Of a stretch of DNA of 64,000 bases, positions 44,147 through 53,345 are shown piece after piece. This DNA is from a virus. The DNA is taken from IMG/VR virus record IMGVR_UViG_3300005337_000001, positions 64,001 to 128,000 of that record, one strand, 5' to 3'. Numbering within the stretch: the stretch's first letter is position 1; each line of letters begins with the position of its first letter. The notes under the pieces were generated by a model, which searched no databases, was not told the DNA's origin, and was given only the letters and a program-made list of their open reading frames with translations. A program made the translations under genes and the position numbers.

Positions 44147-44650
44147 ATGAAGCTGCTCACGAAGTACCACGCAGCAGGGCCTGCCATGTTCCCCCAAGTG
44201 TGGGAGCTGCTTCGCATGTACACGTTCGTGGTCAACGAAAAGATGAAGCGCCGCGGGTTGCCTCACAGGAGTCAGCTCGCGGTGATGGGCGCAATCTGCT
44301 CGCGCTTTCTTCTAGCCATGCGTTCGAGGATTATCGATGAGTACCAAACCGAAATGGCAGCCAGGACCATCCGAAACCACGGCGCTCCTCTCTCTGCCAA
44401 AGATAGAGCCGCTCTCACCGCCAACATTCCCGACATTCCAACAGCTGGTGGAAGCCGATCGCGTAAGCCAGCTGTCGACCTCATCTGTCCCGAAGAAGAT
44501 GAACGACCTATTCGATGGCATTCTGGGAACCCTCGAACCATTACTGGCGGACTTCCAGGATCACCCGGAGAAGTACGGCGAAGAGACGCACGAGCTCCTC
44601 GGGCAGCTGACCCTTGGGAGCAAATCACTCGAGCAGCTCTCACCGAATGA
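44147..44650 (+). CDS. Hypothetical protein (3' half overlaps next gene)
   Basis: TACACT 9 nt upstream; first ~65 aa look natural. Confidence 0.4.
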   Translation: MKLLTKYHAAGPAMFPQVWELLRMYTFVVNEKMKRRGLPHRSQLAVMGAICSRFLLAMRSRIIDEYQTEMAARTIRNHGAPLSAKDRAALTANIPDIPTAGGSRSRKPAVDLICPEEDERPIRWHSGNPRTITGGLPGSPGEVRRRDARAPRAADPWEQITRAALTE

Positions 44651-44888
44651 ACGCAGGCTCTTGAACCTGGCGACGTTCGACTTCTACCAAGCACCGAAGC
44701 CCAAGCCGCCGGAGGAGCCAGAGCCGCTGGTGAAAGAAGCTGAAGCCGAGGACGGCGAGGACACGCTCGACGAGCTCGAAGAAGAGGCCGTGGAAAGACT
44801 GGCCGCCAAAAACGGCGAAGGCCGGGGCCCAATCCCAGGGGTTGATGTCCCTGTGACCGAGCTCCCGGCCTACTGGTGGCTCAGCTGA
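44337..44888 (+). CDS. Acidic hypothetical protein
   Basis: GAGGA SD; 183 aa; LVKEAE motif. Confidence 0.6.
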   Translation: MSTKPKWQPGPSETTALLSLPKIEPLSPPTFPTFQQLVEADRVSQLSTSSVPKKMNDLFDGILGTLEPLLADFQDHPEKYGEETHELLGQLTLGSKSLEQLSPNERRLLNLATFDFYQAPKPKPPEEPEPLVKEAEAEDGEDTLDELEEEAVERLAAKNGEGRGPIPGVDVPVTELPAYWWLS

Positions 44889-44891
44889 GCC

Positions 44892-45917
44892 TTACGGCGC
44901 CGTGAAATCGCCTTCGTAGAAGATGGCGTAGTCGTGCACGTCATTGGGTGCAGCGTTCGGCGTGTAGCTGCCGTTCGGCAGGTCGGTAGTGGTCGGAGCC
45001 GCGAAGGTACCGTTGGTCACGACCGCGCCGTCCACGATCTCTTTGAGCGGCGAGACCAAGCCCGCACGCGTCTTGATCTTGCGGCGCAAGCCCACCGGAG
45101 CTGCGTAACCGATGGCAATGGTGCCGCCGGTGCCGTCGCCTGCCGGGAAGGCAAGGCTGATGATCTTGGACCAGTACTTCACCGACGTCGCCGTCGTTGC
45201 GGTCTGAGCCAGGGTCACCGTTTCCGTCTGCGGGTTGCCGTTCGGATCGAGGCCCGTGATGAGCACGTTGGCTGGCACGTCAGCAGCAGTGCCGCCGGCG
45301 GTCGTGAACACCAGCTGGCGCGGGGCGTCCGCGAAGCTGGACTGCACGAGCTGCGCACCTTGAATCGTCGTCGCCGCGCGCACCGAAGCCGTTGCCGGAT
45401 AGACGAAGGCCGCGCCGATACCCACCGCGATGGTGGCGCCAGTACCGTCAGCAGCTGGGTACACCAGACTGACGATGGTCTTGTACGCCTTCACGCTGGT
45501 GACGGTCGCTGCGGTCTGCGCCAAGTTCAGAGTCTCGCTCTGCGCAGCGCCGTTGAAGTCGGTGCCCGTGATGACCACGTTCGCCGGCGCGTCGGCAGCG
45601 GTACCGCCCGCCGTGGTGAACGTGATTTGCCGGGGATGCTTCACCAGCATTGCGAGGCCAGCGGCCAAGAGACCAGCGGTTAGCACCGTCACCGGTGCAG
45701 CAACCGTCGCCGTGGCTGCCTTGAGCACCGCGGTGCCCGGCGCGGCAGCGCCTGGAAGATTGGTGTACTCTTCGACCACGAAGGCAGCCGACGAGCTCAT
45801 CTCGCGGACCAGGTCCCTTCGAAGGTCGAAAATCTCACCAGAGAGACCGCTGCCTGGGTTCACCAGGTGGTCAAACTTTTCCTTCATCCTGCTGAAAAAA
45901 CCAGAACCTGCGGTCAT
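44892..45917 (-). CDS. Putative virion decoration/fiber protein with tandem duplicated domain
   Basis: Two ~95-aa copies of PRQ.TFTTAGGTAAD.PANV.ITG.D.NG..Q.ET..LAQTA; GGAGG SD. Confidence 0.65.
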   Translation of the reverse strand: MTAGSGFFSRMKEKFDHLVNPGSGLSGEIFDLRRDLVREMSSSAAFVVEEYTNLPGAAAPGTAVLKAATATVAAPVTVLTAGLLAAGLAMLVKHPRQITFTTAGGTAADAPANVVITGTDFNGAAQSETLNLAQTAATVTSVKAYKTIVSLVYPAADGTGATIAVGIGAAFVYPATASVRAATTIQGAQLVQSSFADAPRQLVFTTAGGTAADVPANVLITGLDPNGNPQTETVTLAQTATTATSVKYWSKIISLAFPAGDGTGGTIAIGYAAPVGLRRKIKTRAGLVSPLKEIVDGAVVTNGTFAAPTTTDLPNGSYTPNAAPNDVHDYAIFYEGDFTAP

Positions 45918-46016
45918 GTGACTTCCTCCATGAATTACCCGGAACTTCTTACGTTTCGGGCTTCCGGAAGCCCTTTCAAACCTGATCGTAAACCAGAGTC
46001 AGTGAGCAAGAGAAGA

Positions 46017-46700
46017 CTAGCCCATCGTCGGCACGCCGTACTGGTTTACGTACGACGGCAGAGCCGCGGAATGCCCGCCCAAAGCGTGCTCTTGCGGCGG
46101 CGCCATGCCGAATTCACCAGCCTTCTTTGCGCCCTTCGCCGCCAGCATTCCGGCTCCCAGCACGCCTGCGCCGATGGCTGCCTTACCTAGCAAGCCAGGG
46201 CCTGGGATGGCGCTCACCACCGGCTTCAAGAGCTTCTGAGCTCCACTGACCAGCGCGTTAGGTGCCTTGTTCACCGCGCCGAGCGCTGAGCCAAGCATGC
46301 CTCCGATCCCCGCGGTCTTGGCCAAGACCCGACCGGCTTCTTCGCCGATGGCAGCTGCGGCTTTGTCGAACAAGCTCATGTCACCGGGTATGTCGCTGTC
46401 GGAACGCTCACCCTGGTAAAGCATCGATCCCATCGGATCGAGCGGCACGCCGCCGCGCAGCGCCGCATTCATCGGCGCGTTGCGGTTGGCCTCCTCGAAG
46501 CGCTGGACGTTGTGCTTCAGCTCCGCTTTGGCAACGCCGGCGTCAGCGCTACGGCTCATGCCGCGCGCAAGCAGCAGCCCGCCTACCAGCGCAGCCAGGG
46601 GTAGTCCGCCCTTCATCGGCGACCACTTGGCCTGCGCTTCGGCGACTTTCTCCATGTCGCCCGTGCCCATGTACGCGGCCAAAACCGTGTGCAAGCTCAT
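46017..46700 (-). CDS. Putative internal head protein
   Basis: MEKVAE, FDKAAA, LAKTAG motifs; Gly-rich hydrophobic segments; TATCCT 6 nt upstream. Confidence 0.6.
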   Translation of the reverse strand: MSLHTVLAAYMGTGDMEKVAEAQAKWSPMKGGLPLAALVGGLLLARGMSRSADAGVAKAELKHNVQRFEEANRNAPMNAALRGGVPLDPMGSMLYQGERSDSDIPGDMSLFDKAAAAIGEEAGRVLAKTAGIGGMLGSALGAVNKAPNALVSGAQKLLKPVVSAIPGPGLLGKAAIGAGVLGAGMLAAKGAKKAGEFGMAPPQEHALGGHSAALPSYVNQYGVPTMG

Positions 46701-46712
46701 ACCCAGAGGATA

Positions 46713-47360
46713 CTACTTCGGCGGCGGCGTCGGAACAGGGGTCCGCACCGTGACTGGAGTCTGCCGGCGCGCGCCGAGCGGAAGCGGGTCGGACAGAATG
46801 GGGCTGCCGGTACCGGGCACATTCACGCCTGCCTTGGGCAACACACCTACCAAGAAGCCAGCCAGATTGGCCTGCGTCTCACGGAGCTCGGCAATCTCCC
46901 GGCTCTGTTCGGTGAGGCGCTTGTCCTGCTCGTCGAGACGCGTGTCCTTGGAGGTGCTCAAGGTCACCAGCGCTTTCACCTGGCGCTGCAGCTCGAGGTA
47001 CTGCTGCACGACAGCCCAACCAGCGGCCAAGACCGGCACCAGAATAGCCAGCGGGATGCCGACCTTCAGGCCCTTAGCCTGCACAGTGAGCACACCAGGG
47101 CGCATCGAAGACTTGGGCGTGTCGTTGGCGAGCTCGACCTTGGGCGTCGCTGCCGCCTTGGCCACAGCATCGAGCTGGCGCTGCACCTCCGCTGCCTTGT
47201 AGCGCTCGAGCTCGGCCTCTGCGTCCTCACGCGCCATTCGCTCGTCGTTCATCAGACGCAGCGCTGCCGTAGCGCGGGACTCAGCGGCGTCTATCGCAGC
47301 GACCCCTTCCAGGTCGTCAGAGCTTTGGCTCTTGGGGCGCGGGGGCAGTGGCTTCTGCAC
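46713..47360 (-). CDS. Membrane-anchored coiled-coil protein (lysis/spanin-like possible)
   Basis: TM VGIPLAILVPVLAAGWAVV followed by heptads. Confidence 0.5.
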   Translation of the reverse strand: MQKPLPPRPKSQSSDDLEGVAAIDAAESRATAALRLMNDERMAREDAEAELERYKAAEVQRQLDAVAKAAATPKVELANDTPKSSMRPGVLTVQAKGLKVGIPLAILVPVLAAGWAVVQQYLELQRQVKALVTLSTSKDTRLDEQDKRLTEQSREIAELRETQANLAGFLVGVLPKAGVNVPGTGSPILSDPLPLGARRQTPVTVRTPVPTPPPK

Positions 47361-47375
47361 AACCCCGGTAGAGTA

Positions 47376-47762
47376 TCAGCCGAAGAGCCGTACTCGAACC
47401 ACGCCGTCAGTGGTGCGCACTAGCGAGATCTCCGTGATGCTCGTGGCCGGCGACGGGTTCGTGTACAGGATGAGCCCGCCGGGCTTCAGCTCGATGCCGT
47501 CGGCCGACCCGTTGAACTTCACGAGGATGGAATCTGCAGCAGGGTCGGCTTCGTACTCGATGATCGCCACCTTGACGCCGGGCGTGTCGATGGAGCCGAA
47601 CGGCACTGCCGTGGTACCTGAACCGACGAGGCTGAGCCTCGAGTCGACGACCTGCGTGTACTGTCCGGAGAAGCCGAACTGCACCGGCACCGGCTGTTGC
47701 CCCTCGTCTGGGGGAAACTGCACGGTGCCTTGCACGATGATCGGGTTCGTAGAAGCTGACAT
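47376..47762 (-). CDS. Putative virion structural protein
   Basis: Beta-rich 128 aa directly after tail tube. Confidence 0.55.
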   Translation of the reverse strand: MSASTNPIIVQGTVQFPPDEGQQPVPVQFGFSGQYTQVVDSRLSLVGSGTTAVPFGSIDTPGVKVAIIEYEADPAADSILVKFNGSADGIELKPGGLILYTNPSPATSITEISLVRTTDGVVRVRLFG

Positions 47763-47776
47763 GTAGCGCCCTCAGA

Positions 47777-48541
47777 TCACGAGCCAGGAATGCCGAGGAA
47801 TGTCGCCGAGACGTTGGAGCCTCCGGCGTTCGGGTTGGTCGCGCTCGAGATGAGCGTGAGCGCCGAGATGGCCACTGGCACGGCGCGCTCGAATTGCACC
47901 GCCACCGACTCTTGGATGAGCACGCCTTGCGCGTCCGTCGCCCAGGTGTGGTTCGGCAGGTAGCAAGCTTCGAAGTACACGGCGCCGAGCGCGTCCTGAT
48001 TGATGTCGCGGATGTACATCAACAAGCCGATGGGCTGCGTGAACAGGTCGGACGCCAAGTTGAGGTAGATGTTCTCGTAGCCCGGCGGGATGATGACGTT
48101 GTGCGGGTTGGAGACCGACGCCGCGCCAGCGTTGAGGAACATCGCCGGCACCACGGTGGGCGGCAGCAGGTCCTGGTAGTACGAGTACAGCAGCCGCAGC
48201 AGCGACGCGCCGTGGTAATAGATGCGGCCGAGGCCGATCTGTCCGACGGTGCGACCGGTGATGAAGTAGCTGCGCTCCGAACCGATTTCGAAGATGCGGT
48301 TGAACTGGCGCGTGTGCGACAGCTGGAAGTTCTGCACGATGCCGATGGGCAGAACGATTTGGTTGGCAGCCTGCCCGGTACCGCTCACCGCTTGTGCGAA
48401 CGCGGCGGCACCGCCGATGTTGGCGATGCGAGGCGGGCCGGCAGCGAGCATGGTGAAGCCGGCGTTCGCGTACGCGCCATCCACCAAACCTGCCTGCACG
48501 TAGTTGGTGTAGGGACTCCAGTCGGAAAAGTTGCCGGCCAT
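47777..48541 (-). CDS. Tail tube protein
   Basis: After sheath; PIGIVQNFQLSHTRQFNRIFEIGS, AVYFEACY, LIQESVAVQFE. Confidence 0.8.
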   Translation of the reverse strand: MAGNFSDWSPYTNYVQAGLVDGAYANAGFTMLAAGPPRIANIGGAAAFAQAVSGTGQAANQIVLPIGIVQNFQLSHTRQFNRIFEIGSERSYFITGRTVGQIGLGRIYYHGASLLRLLYSYYQDLLPPTVVPAMFLNAGAASVSNPHNVIIPPGYENIYLNLASDLFTQPIGLLMYIRDINQDALGAVYFEACYLPNHTWATDAQGVLIQESVAVQFERAVPVAISALTLISSATNPNAGGSNVSATFLGIPGS

Positions 48542-48568
48542 CTTGCTGTTGCTCCTTCTCTCAGAATA

Positions 48569-48868
48569 TCACGGCGTCTGCGTCTGCTTGCCGCCCAAGA
48601 TCTCATCCCACTTCTTCGTGCTCACGCCTTTGGGCGGCGGGGGCTCGGCGACCTTGAACTTCCCACCGAGCTTCACGTAGTACTCGAGCGGGGCTTCTGG
48701 GCTGTACGTCGCCGCCAGCTTCAGGAGCTCGGGGTCTTCAGCCGCGCCGGCGCGCGCGAGGTTCGCGAGCTGCACAGCAGAAACGGCCGGAGCCGAGGCA
48801 GCCTTCTCTTGCAAAAGCTGCTCGGCTCGAACGCGGCCCACGGCCGCTATGAACGGCGCGCGGTCCAT
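48569..48868 (-). CDS. Hypothetical protein
   Basis: 99 aa, PELLKLAA motif. Confidence 0.5.
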   Translation of the reverse strand: MDRAPFIAAVGRVRAEQLLQEKAASAPAVSAVQLANLARAGAAEDPELLKLAATYSPEAPLEYYVKLGGKFKVAEPPPPKGVSTKKWDEILGGKQTQTP

Positions 48869-51800
48869 TAGATCACCAGGGTGACGCGGATGTAGTTGCA
48901 GGGGAAGGGCGGGTCGATCAACACGTCGACCAGCACCGTATCGGGCGCGTCCTCGTCCTGGATGATGTTGTTCAGGTTGAAGCCGACGAGCACGCCGACC
49001 TCGACCAGGTACCCGCCGACGCCACCGATGACGGTGCCGAGCTGGTCCAGGAAGGCCTGGGTGATGTTGAACCGACCGATGAAGTTCTTCAGCGAACGGC
49101 GCAGGAACTTGGCCGTGAAGTCGACCACTTTCGTGATCGAGTCCGTGCGGGTCTCCACCGAGGTGAGGTCGGTGGTGAGCGCCATACGGCTGATGAGCGG
49201 TGCCGATGGCGCGTCTTGCACGATGATGTACGTGCCGCCTGCCGCCATGATGTTCATCTGCGACTCGGAGAAGAAGTCGTTGCTTCCGAGCACGCGGGTG
49301 AACCCAGCCATCGGGAAGTTCGTGAACGACTGCTGGGGCGGTTGCTGCCCGATCATGCCCGCGATGGCCGCGTTCATGTAGAAGCCGTTGACGATCTGTT
49401 CGATGCCCTCGATGGTGGCCGCAGCCTGGTCCGGCGCCGTGTGCCAGAAGCGGCGGTCGCCGAAGCTCTGGCTGAGCGCCTGGTAGGTCTCGGCAATCTT
49501 GGCCTTGTCGGGCGCGCCCTCGGACGTGACCAGGGCCGCGCCGCGTACGCGAACGGCAAAGGCCTCGCTGATGAGCTGGCTTGGCAGCGGCGGGGTGTTG
49601 AGTGCCGTCGTCGCATAGTAGCCGTCGTCATTGTCGCCGGCGTTGAACGACGTGCGGATGGTGACGACCGAGCCACTGATGCCAGCCACCGAGTAGCGCT
49701 TGGCGTCGCTCGCGATGTCGATGAACACCCCCGACGTGGCCAAGATGGTGCCGACGGGGCTCACACCCTTGGCCAACAGCAGAGCGCTCAGGTTGGGGAT
49801 ACCGGTGTCGAAGGTCAGGCCGGACGAGCCGGTCGTGTTGCCGTCGGCGCCGGAAGCCACCAACGTGTCGAGCATGTTGGCCGGCTGCTCACTGTTGAAC
49901 AGCGTGATGCGCTCGCCCTTCTGAGCAGGTTCGCTCATGAAGTCGGTGTGGGTCTTGAAGATCTGCGCGACGGTCTGGTCGTGCGTGAGCGGCGCCAGCG
50001 CGTAGACCTCGAAGGCTTCGAGCAATTCAGCGGCGCGCGTGAAGGCCTCGGGCGTGCCGAACGGCGCATCCGCGCTCACTGCGTCGATGCCCAAGCCCGT
50101 GATCTGCACGCCGGGGGCGTTGACCAGGGCGAAGAACATACCGAGCGCCAGCGGGTTCTGCGTGGTGATGGGAGCCATCACCGACTCGAGCTGGGTCTGG
50201 CTGTCGATGCGAATGAGCGAGGCCTGGTCGGCCAGAGCCGACAGGTCCTTGCGGATGGCCGTGTACGACAGGTACACCGGCGCGCGGCCCTGCGACGGGT
50301 GAATCGCAGCGCCCGTGGTGTCGCGCAGCAGATTGTTCTTCAGCGTCGCCGTCTTGTTGGCGTCGACCACCAAGCTCGGCACCGGCCGGTCAGAGCCGAG
50401 ACCCGTCAGGTTCTTGGCGATGATGTACCAGTACCGGCCCGCGTTGAGCGTGATGGTCTTCTGCTCGCTCATCTTCAGGATGGAGACCTGCCCACCTGGG
50501 GCGACCTGACTGATGATGCCGGCGGACACACCATCGACGATGAGCTCGTCGCCGGGCTCCGCGTGGCCGAGGGCGCCGTACGCGCGCGTGTCGGCGACCA
50601 AACCGAGAGTCGTGAGCGCAGTGCCGCTCTTGATCCAGATGAAGGCGTCGGCGCCCGTGAGGCTGTGCGTAAAACGCAGGAAGTTGGTGCTGAGCGAAGC
50701 CGTGAGGCGTCCGCCTGCAGCCGTACCCATCACCGCGTTGATCTCGGAGAGCACCGCCGCAGCGTTGGCGATACCAGACGAGAAGGTGATGGTCTGCAGC
50801 TGCTGACCATCGCTGATCTCGATGGTCTTGCCGGCGAGGTCGCCCGGGTAGGATAGCGCCGTGATGTTGACGTTGCCCGTCACGACCGCCGCAGTGCTGA
50901 CCGCCGTGAAGTCGTAACCGAGGAACTTCATGAGCGGCGAGAAGTTGTCGCCGTTGCCATCGTCGGTCACTTCGATGGACTGGCCGACGTCGGTCTCGTT
51001 CGTGGTGAAACCGAGCGTAGTGTTGGCGGTACCGACCTTGATGACGAGCTTCGAGTCAGCGCCACCGTTGTCGTCGAGCAATTGCAAGAAGTTGGTAGTA
51101 GGCGTCAGCGAAGCAGTGAGCCCCGTGGTAGACGAGTTGACGCGAGCTACGACCAGTGAGGGCGTCGTGTCGCCCACCTGGAACGTGACCGTCTGGTCAG
51201 CACCATCGTCTACCGAAATGACGAGAGTCTTGGCCGTGAGATCGCCAGGCAGCGTGAGCGTGGTGACGTCGACGGTACCGACCAGGACAGCCGCGTCATC
51301 GACTACGCCGTTGCGAAGGAAGGCCTCCGTACGCAGCTCTTCGATGAAGTTGTTCGCTGCCATCGCGAGGAACGCGCGCACGCTGTTCGACTCGATGACG
51401 AGCTCTTCGATGTTGCCGCGAGGGTCCGGAAAGTTGGTCGCCGGGATGGGCTCCTCGAGCTGCGAGTAGCTGTCGACACCCGTCGCCGTACGCGCTGCAC
51501 CGAAGCCGAAGGCAGAGAGCACTGCGGGCGAGCTCGTACCGATGATCTGCAGCGTCTGAAATTCACCGACGCCAACGGTGCGCAGGCGCCACACCGTGGA
51601 GCTCAGCACCTCAGCCTTCGACGACGTAACGCCAGCAGCGGCGAGCGCCTTGTTGATCGCAGTCACCACCGACGCGGGCGTGAGCCCGGTCGTAGTCGGA
51701 TCGGCGAAGAGAACGGTGACGTTCGGTCCGTGATTTGTCGAGAAGATGAGCTGCAAGCCGTCGAGCCCGGTGTAGACGGGCGGGCTGCCCGTAGCTGCCT

Positions 51801-52002
51801 TCGCGTCGAAGAACGCGGGCAGGTTGATGAGCGCGTCACCGTTCAATACCGACGTGCCGCTACCATCGGGGACCAAAAGGTCGACGACTTGGCGAGCCAC
51901 ACCGATGATGCACGGCACCAGCGTAGGGGTAACGACCGACGGCGTCGTCGTACGGATGACTTGAATTACTTCTACGCCGGGGCGGGGCAGCTGAGCGGCC
52001 AT
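48868..52002 (-). CDS. Contractile tail sheath protein
   Basis: N-terminal LPRPGVEV; C-terminal GGTYIIVQ...SITKVVDFTAKFLR...PDTVLVDV..PPFPCNYIRVTL. Confidence 0.9.
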   Translation of the reverse strand: MAAQLPRPGVEVIQVIRTTTPSVVTPTLVPCIIGVARQVVDLLVPDGSGTSVLNGDALINLPAFFDAKAATGSPPVYTGLDGLQLIFSTNHGPNVTVLFADPTTTGLTPASVVTAINKALAAAGVTSSKAEVLSSTVWRLRTVGVGEFQTLQIIGTSSPAVLSAFGFGAARTATGVDSYSQLEEPIPATNFPDPRGNIEELVIESNSVRAFLAMAANNFIEELRTEAFLRNGVVDDAAVLVGTVDVTTLTLPGDLTAKTLVISVDDGADQTVTFQVGDTTPSLVVARVNSSTTGLTASLTPTTNFLQLLDDNGGADSKLVIKVGTANTTLGFTTNETDVGQSIEVTDDGNGDNFSPLMKFLGYDFTAVSTAAVVTGNVNITALSYPGDLAGKTIEISDGQQLQTITFSSGIANAAAVLSEINAVMGTAAGGRLTASLSTNFLRFTHSLTGADAFIWIKSGTALTTLGLVADTRAYGALGHAEPGDELIVDGVSAGIISQVAPGGQVSILKMSEQKTITLNAGRYWYIIAKNLTGLGSDRPVPSLVVDANKTATLKNNLLRDTTGAAIHPSQGRAPVYLSYTAIRKDLSALADQASLIRIDSQTQLESVMAPITTQNPLALGMFFALVNAPGVQITGLGIDAVSADAPFGTPEAFTRAAELLEAFEVYALAPLTHDQTVAQIFKTHTDFMSEPAQKGERITLFNSEQPANMLDTLVASGADGNTTGSSGLTFDTGIPNLSALLLAKGVSPVGTILATSGVFIDIASDAKRYSVAGISGSVVTIRTSFNAGDNDDGYYATTALNTPPLPSQLISEAFAVRVRGAALVTSEGAPDKAKIAETYQALSQSFGDRRFWHTAPDQAAATIEGIEQIVNGFYMNAAIAGMIGQQPPQQSFTNFPMAGFTRVLGSNDFFSESQMNIMAAGGTYIIVQDAPSAPLISRMALTTDLTSVETRTDSITKVVDFTAKFLRRSLKNFIGRFNITQAFLDQLGTVIGGVGGYLVEVGVLVGFNLNNIIQDEDAPDTVLVDVLIDPPFPCNYIRVTLVI

Positions 52003-52018
52003 GTACTGGCTCCTTCCT

Positions 52019-52987
52019 TCAAACCTTCGTCTTGATAGGCGGTGACGGTTTCGATTCTTCCACGGCGCATTCGGCTATGGGAATAGCGCGTCCTCCCATG
52101 GAAGGTGGGCGAAGCCCTGGTCGAAACGGGTGAATGGTGCGCACGCGCACTTGGCGCGCAGGATCGAGTGGGTGTGTCGCGTAAGTCGGCGCCGCCGGCA
52201 GTAATCCAGCAGGATCTGGCGAGCGCCCACGAGCATCCGATGCCAGCGGATCAAAGGCAGGCGGACCGTCGACACAGAAATGAAGCGGCAGCTCGACGCC
52301 GTTGTGGCTCATTGCCGGACCGCCAGTTTGCAGCTCACGCGTCTTCAACAGCTGGGTGCGAATCTGTAGTTCAATGGACTGCACGATGTGCTGGTTCAAC
52401 GGCGTGTACTGACTCATGCGCGGGAACTGGAATGGCGATGAAACAACCGTGGCGTACCAGCCTTCAGCGTTATCACCAGCAACGATGCCTTCCGCCGGTG
52501 ATGGCGAAGAGATTTGCGGCTGCCGTCCCACTTCGAAGAACAAGTTCGAACCGATGAGCTGCTGACGCAAAAGCCAGAGGTGCTCGGCTACGACGAAGGC
52601 AATCTTGTCGCACTCAAGCGTGACACGCGACACGCAGTTGATGCTCATTACACCGGGGATGAGCACGCCCTTCGTCTTCTGGCCAGTGTCGAACTGGAAG
52701 GCCAGCATGTCGTCCTGGCCAAGCGAATAGAACTGCACCGGCCCGCGCGTGAACGAGATGGCGGGGCGCGCGCCGATGGTGTCGCTGTTGATCGCACCCT
52801 CGCCGACGATGAAGATTTCCGTACGGTCGTTGTCCGGCGACCAGTGATAGCTACCGGGCGGAGCTGCCGCAAAGAGACCCTGCACGAAAGCCACGTAGAG
52901 CATACGCAGCTGTGTGAGCGGGTCGTCTTTGAAACTACTCTGCGGAAACTGCCCGTGAGGGTTGACTCTTGTAGGCTTCGTGGGCAC
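52019..52987 (-). CDS. Putative tail terminator/completion protein
   Basis: Upstream of sheath; RPAISFTRGP, INCVSR...CDKIAFVV. Confidence 0.6.
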   Translation of the reverse strand: MPTKPTRVNPHGQFPQSSFKDDPLTQLRMLYVAFVQGLFAAAPPGSYHWSPDNDRTEIFIVGEGAINSDTIGARPAISFTRGPVQFYSLGQDDMLAFQFDTGQKTKGVLIPGVMSINCVSRVTLECDKIAFVVAEHLWLLRQQLIGSNLFFEVGRQPQISSPSPAEGIVAGDNAEGWYATVVSSPFQFPRMSQYTPLNQHIVQSIELQIRTQLLKTRELQTGGPAMSHNGVELPLHFCVDGPPAFDPLASDARGRSPDPAGLLPAAPTYATHPLDPARQVRVRTIHPFRPGLRPPSMGGRAIPIAECAVEESKPSPPIKTKV

Positions 52988-53345
52988 GACCGAGCTCCTT
53001 GCTCGCGCGCGAGTGGTACTGCTGCATGGCCAAGGCCAGGCCGCCGCCCATGAACGGAGCTACCTTGCGCATGGTAGGCGCCGCCGACGGACTGAGGCCA
53101 AGGCCGTGCGTGATCCCGCGTCCAGCAAGTGCGCCGGCCGCTGTGCCAACACCGAACGCCGCTGCCGGCGCCATCACCGCTTTGAGCGCATGAAGGATGG
53201 GGTGCTTGATGTCTCCAGGCTGGTTCTTCACCTCTTCCTGCGGCACCTCACCCGAGTCGGGCGGCGGCTCCGGCAGGTTGGCGAGCTTGAGCAACTCGCG
53301 CGCCATCGGGGCGCGGTCGTAGGTGAAGGGGAGAGCCAAGCTCAT
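52935..53345 (-). CDS. Putative head-associated protein with Gly-zipper
   Basis: Start MSLALPF; RELLKLAN; AAAFGVGTAAGALAG. Confidence 0.55.
   Translation of the reverse strand: MSLALPFTYDRAPMARELLKLANLPEPPPDSGEVPQEEVKNQPGDIKHPILHALKAVMAPAAAFGVGTAAGALAGRGITHGLGLSPSAAPTMRKVAPFMGGGLALAMQQYHSRASKELGRAHEAYKSQPSRAVSAE

Noticed and set aside
46713-47360. Spanin pair
   Set aside because: No lipobox or nested o-spanin ORF seen; only a TM plus coiled coil
49216-50856. 546-aa plus-strand ORF, and similar long antisense ORFs (59420..60988, 61758..63041, 20077..21123, 15251..16264)
   Set aside because: Shadow frames opposite well-supported genes in GC-rich DNA; Arg/Ala/Gly/His-rich nonsense composition
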